Part shown: one piece after another, positions 63,783-64,000 of the stretch
How the letters are laid out: the number at the start of each line of letters is the position of its first letter
Position numbering within the stretch: position 1 is the first letter of the stretch
Assembly: GCA_010015805.1 (NCBI GenBank)
Contig: ML978146.1
Coordinates: forward strand, 62,001 to 126,000
Length of the DNA: 64,000 nt
From: Rhizodiscina lignyota
Lineage: Eukaryota
Direction of reading: 5' to 3'
The notes under the pieces: generated by a model
What the model saw: the letters and a program-made list of their open reading frames with translations, nothing else
What the model was told of the DNA's origin: nothing
The model's database searches: none
Translations under genes and position numbers: made by a program

Positions 63783-64000
63783 TTAGACGTACGCGAGTGT
63801 GATGCCAGCATAAGCGCCTTCTCCATCATAGATTTTCTTCCTATTGCTACCATCCATGTCAAACCTATAGACTGTACCTCCCAGATCAGTCAGGTAAATG
63901 TGCTGGTTCTTCTCATCCAGCTTCAGTCCAATCGCTTCGTGCAGGTTCCGTGCAATGATGTCGTAATCCTTGCTAGGCATGCTAACCGTCTTTCCTTCGA
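63783..64000 (-). CDS. 3' end of a YWTD/LDL-receptor-like beta-propeller protein (5' end outside window)
   Basis: HEAIGLKLD....IYLTDLGGTVYR..MDG pattern typical of fungal YWTD-repeat proteins. Confidence 0.7.
   Translation of the reverse strand, partial: EGKTVSMPSKDYDIIARNLHEAIGLKLDEKNQHIYLTDLGGTVYRFDMDGSNRKKIYDGEGAYAGITLAYV

Noticed and set aside
1..64000. Scattered single TTAGGG/CCCTAA hexamers
   Set aside because: About 30 are expected by chance in 64 kb on both strands; only the tracts at 12194 and 61279 were kept
1..64000. Secondary-metabolite backbone gene, Starship captain, transposase, CRISPR array or tRNA
   Set aside because: No PKS, NRPS, terpene cyclase, tyrosine recombinase, DDE or RT motifs, spacer array or cloverleaf seen by eye

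Overview
Eukaryotic, intron-containing DNA (GT..AG introns with CTRAY branch sites) typical of a filamentous ascomycete accessory, metabolism-rich region. About 24 intact or probably intact genes: GH31 alpha-glucosidase, GH92 alpha-mannosidase, three Zn2Cys6 transcription factors, a BBE/AA7-like FAD oxidase, two P450s, an SDR, transporters, a PTH11-like membrane protein and others. Also one dispersed, divergent 5S rRNA gene and several decaying genes (M20 amidohydrolase, DUF4470/MYND, F-box, TPR-NLR and exonuclease remnants). Best candidates for follow-up: (i) a putative nitrogen-regulated N-heterocycle/aromatic catabolic cluster at 30-41.5 kb with an intronless bacterial-type flavin monooxygenase; (ii) a TF / 3-hydroxyacyl-CoA dehydrogenase / CoA-transferase III / AMID / YWTD-propeller cluster from 53.7 kb to the window end; (iii) a spliced secreted tandem six-cysteine peptide that the ORF track only partly captures; (iv) an amidohydrolase gene broken by an 8-bp telomere-repeat (TTAGGG) insertion. 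All family calls come from motif recognition by eye, with no database searches. Exon boundaries were inferred manually.
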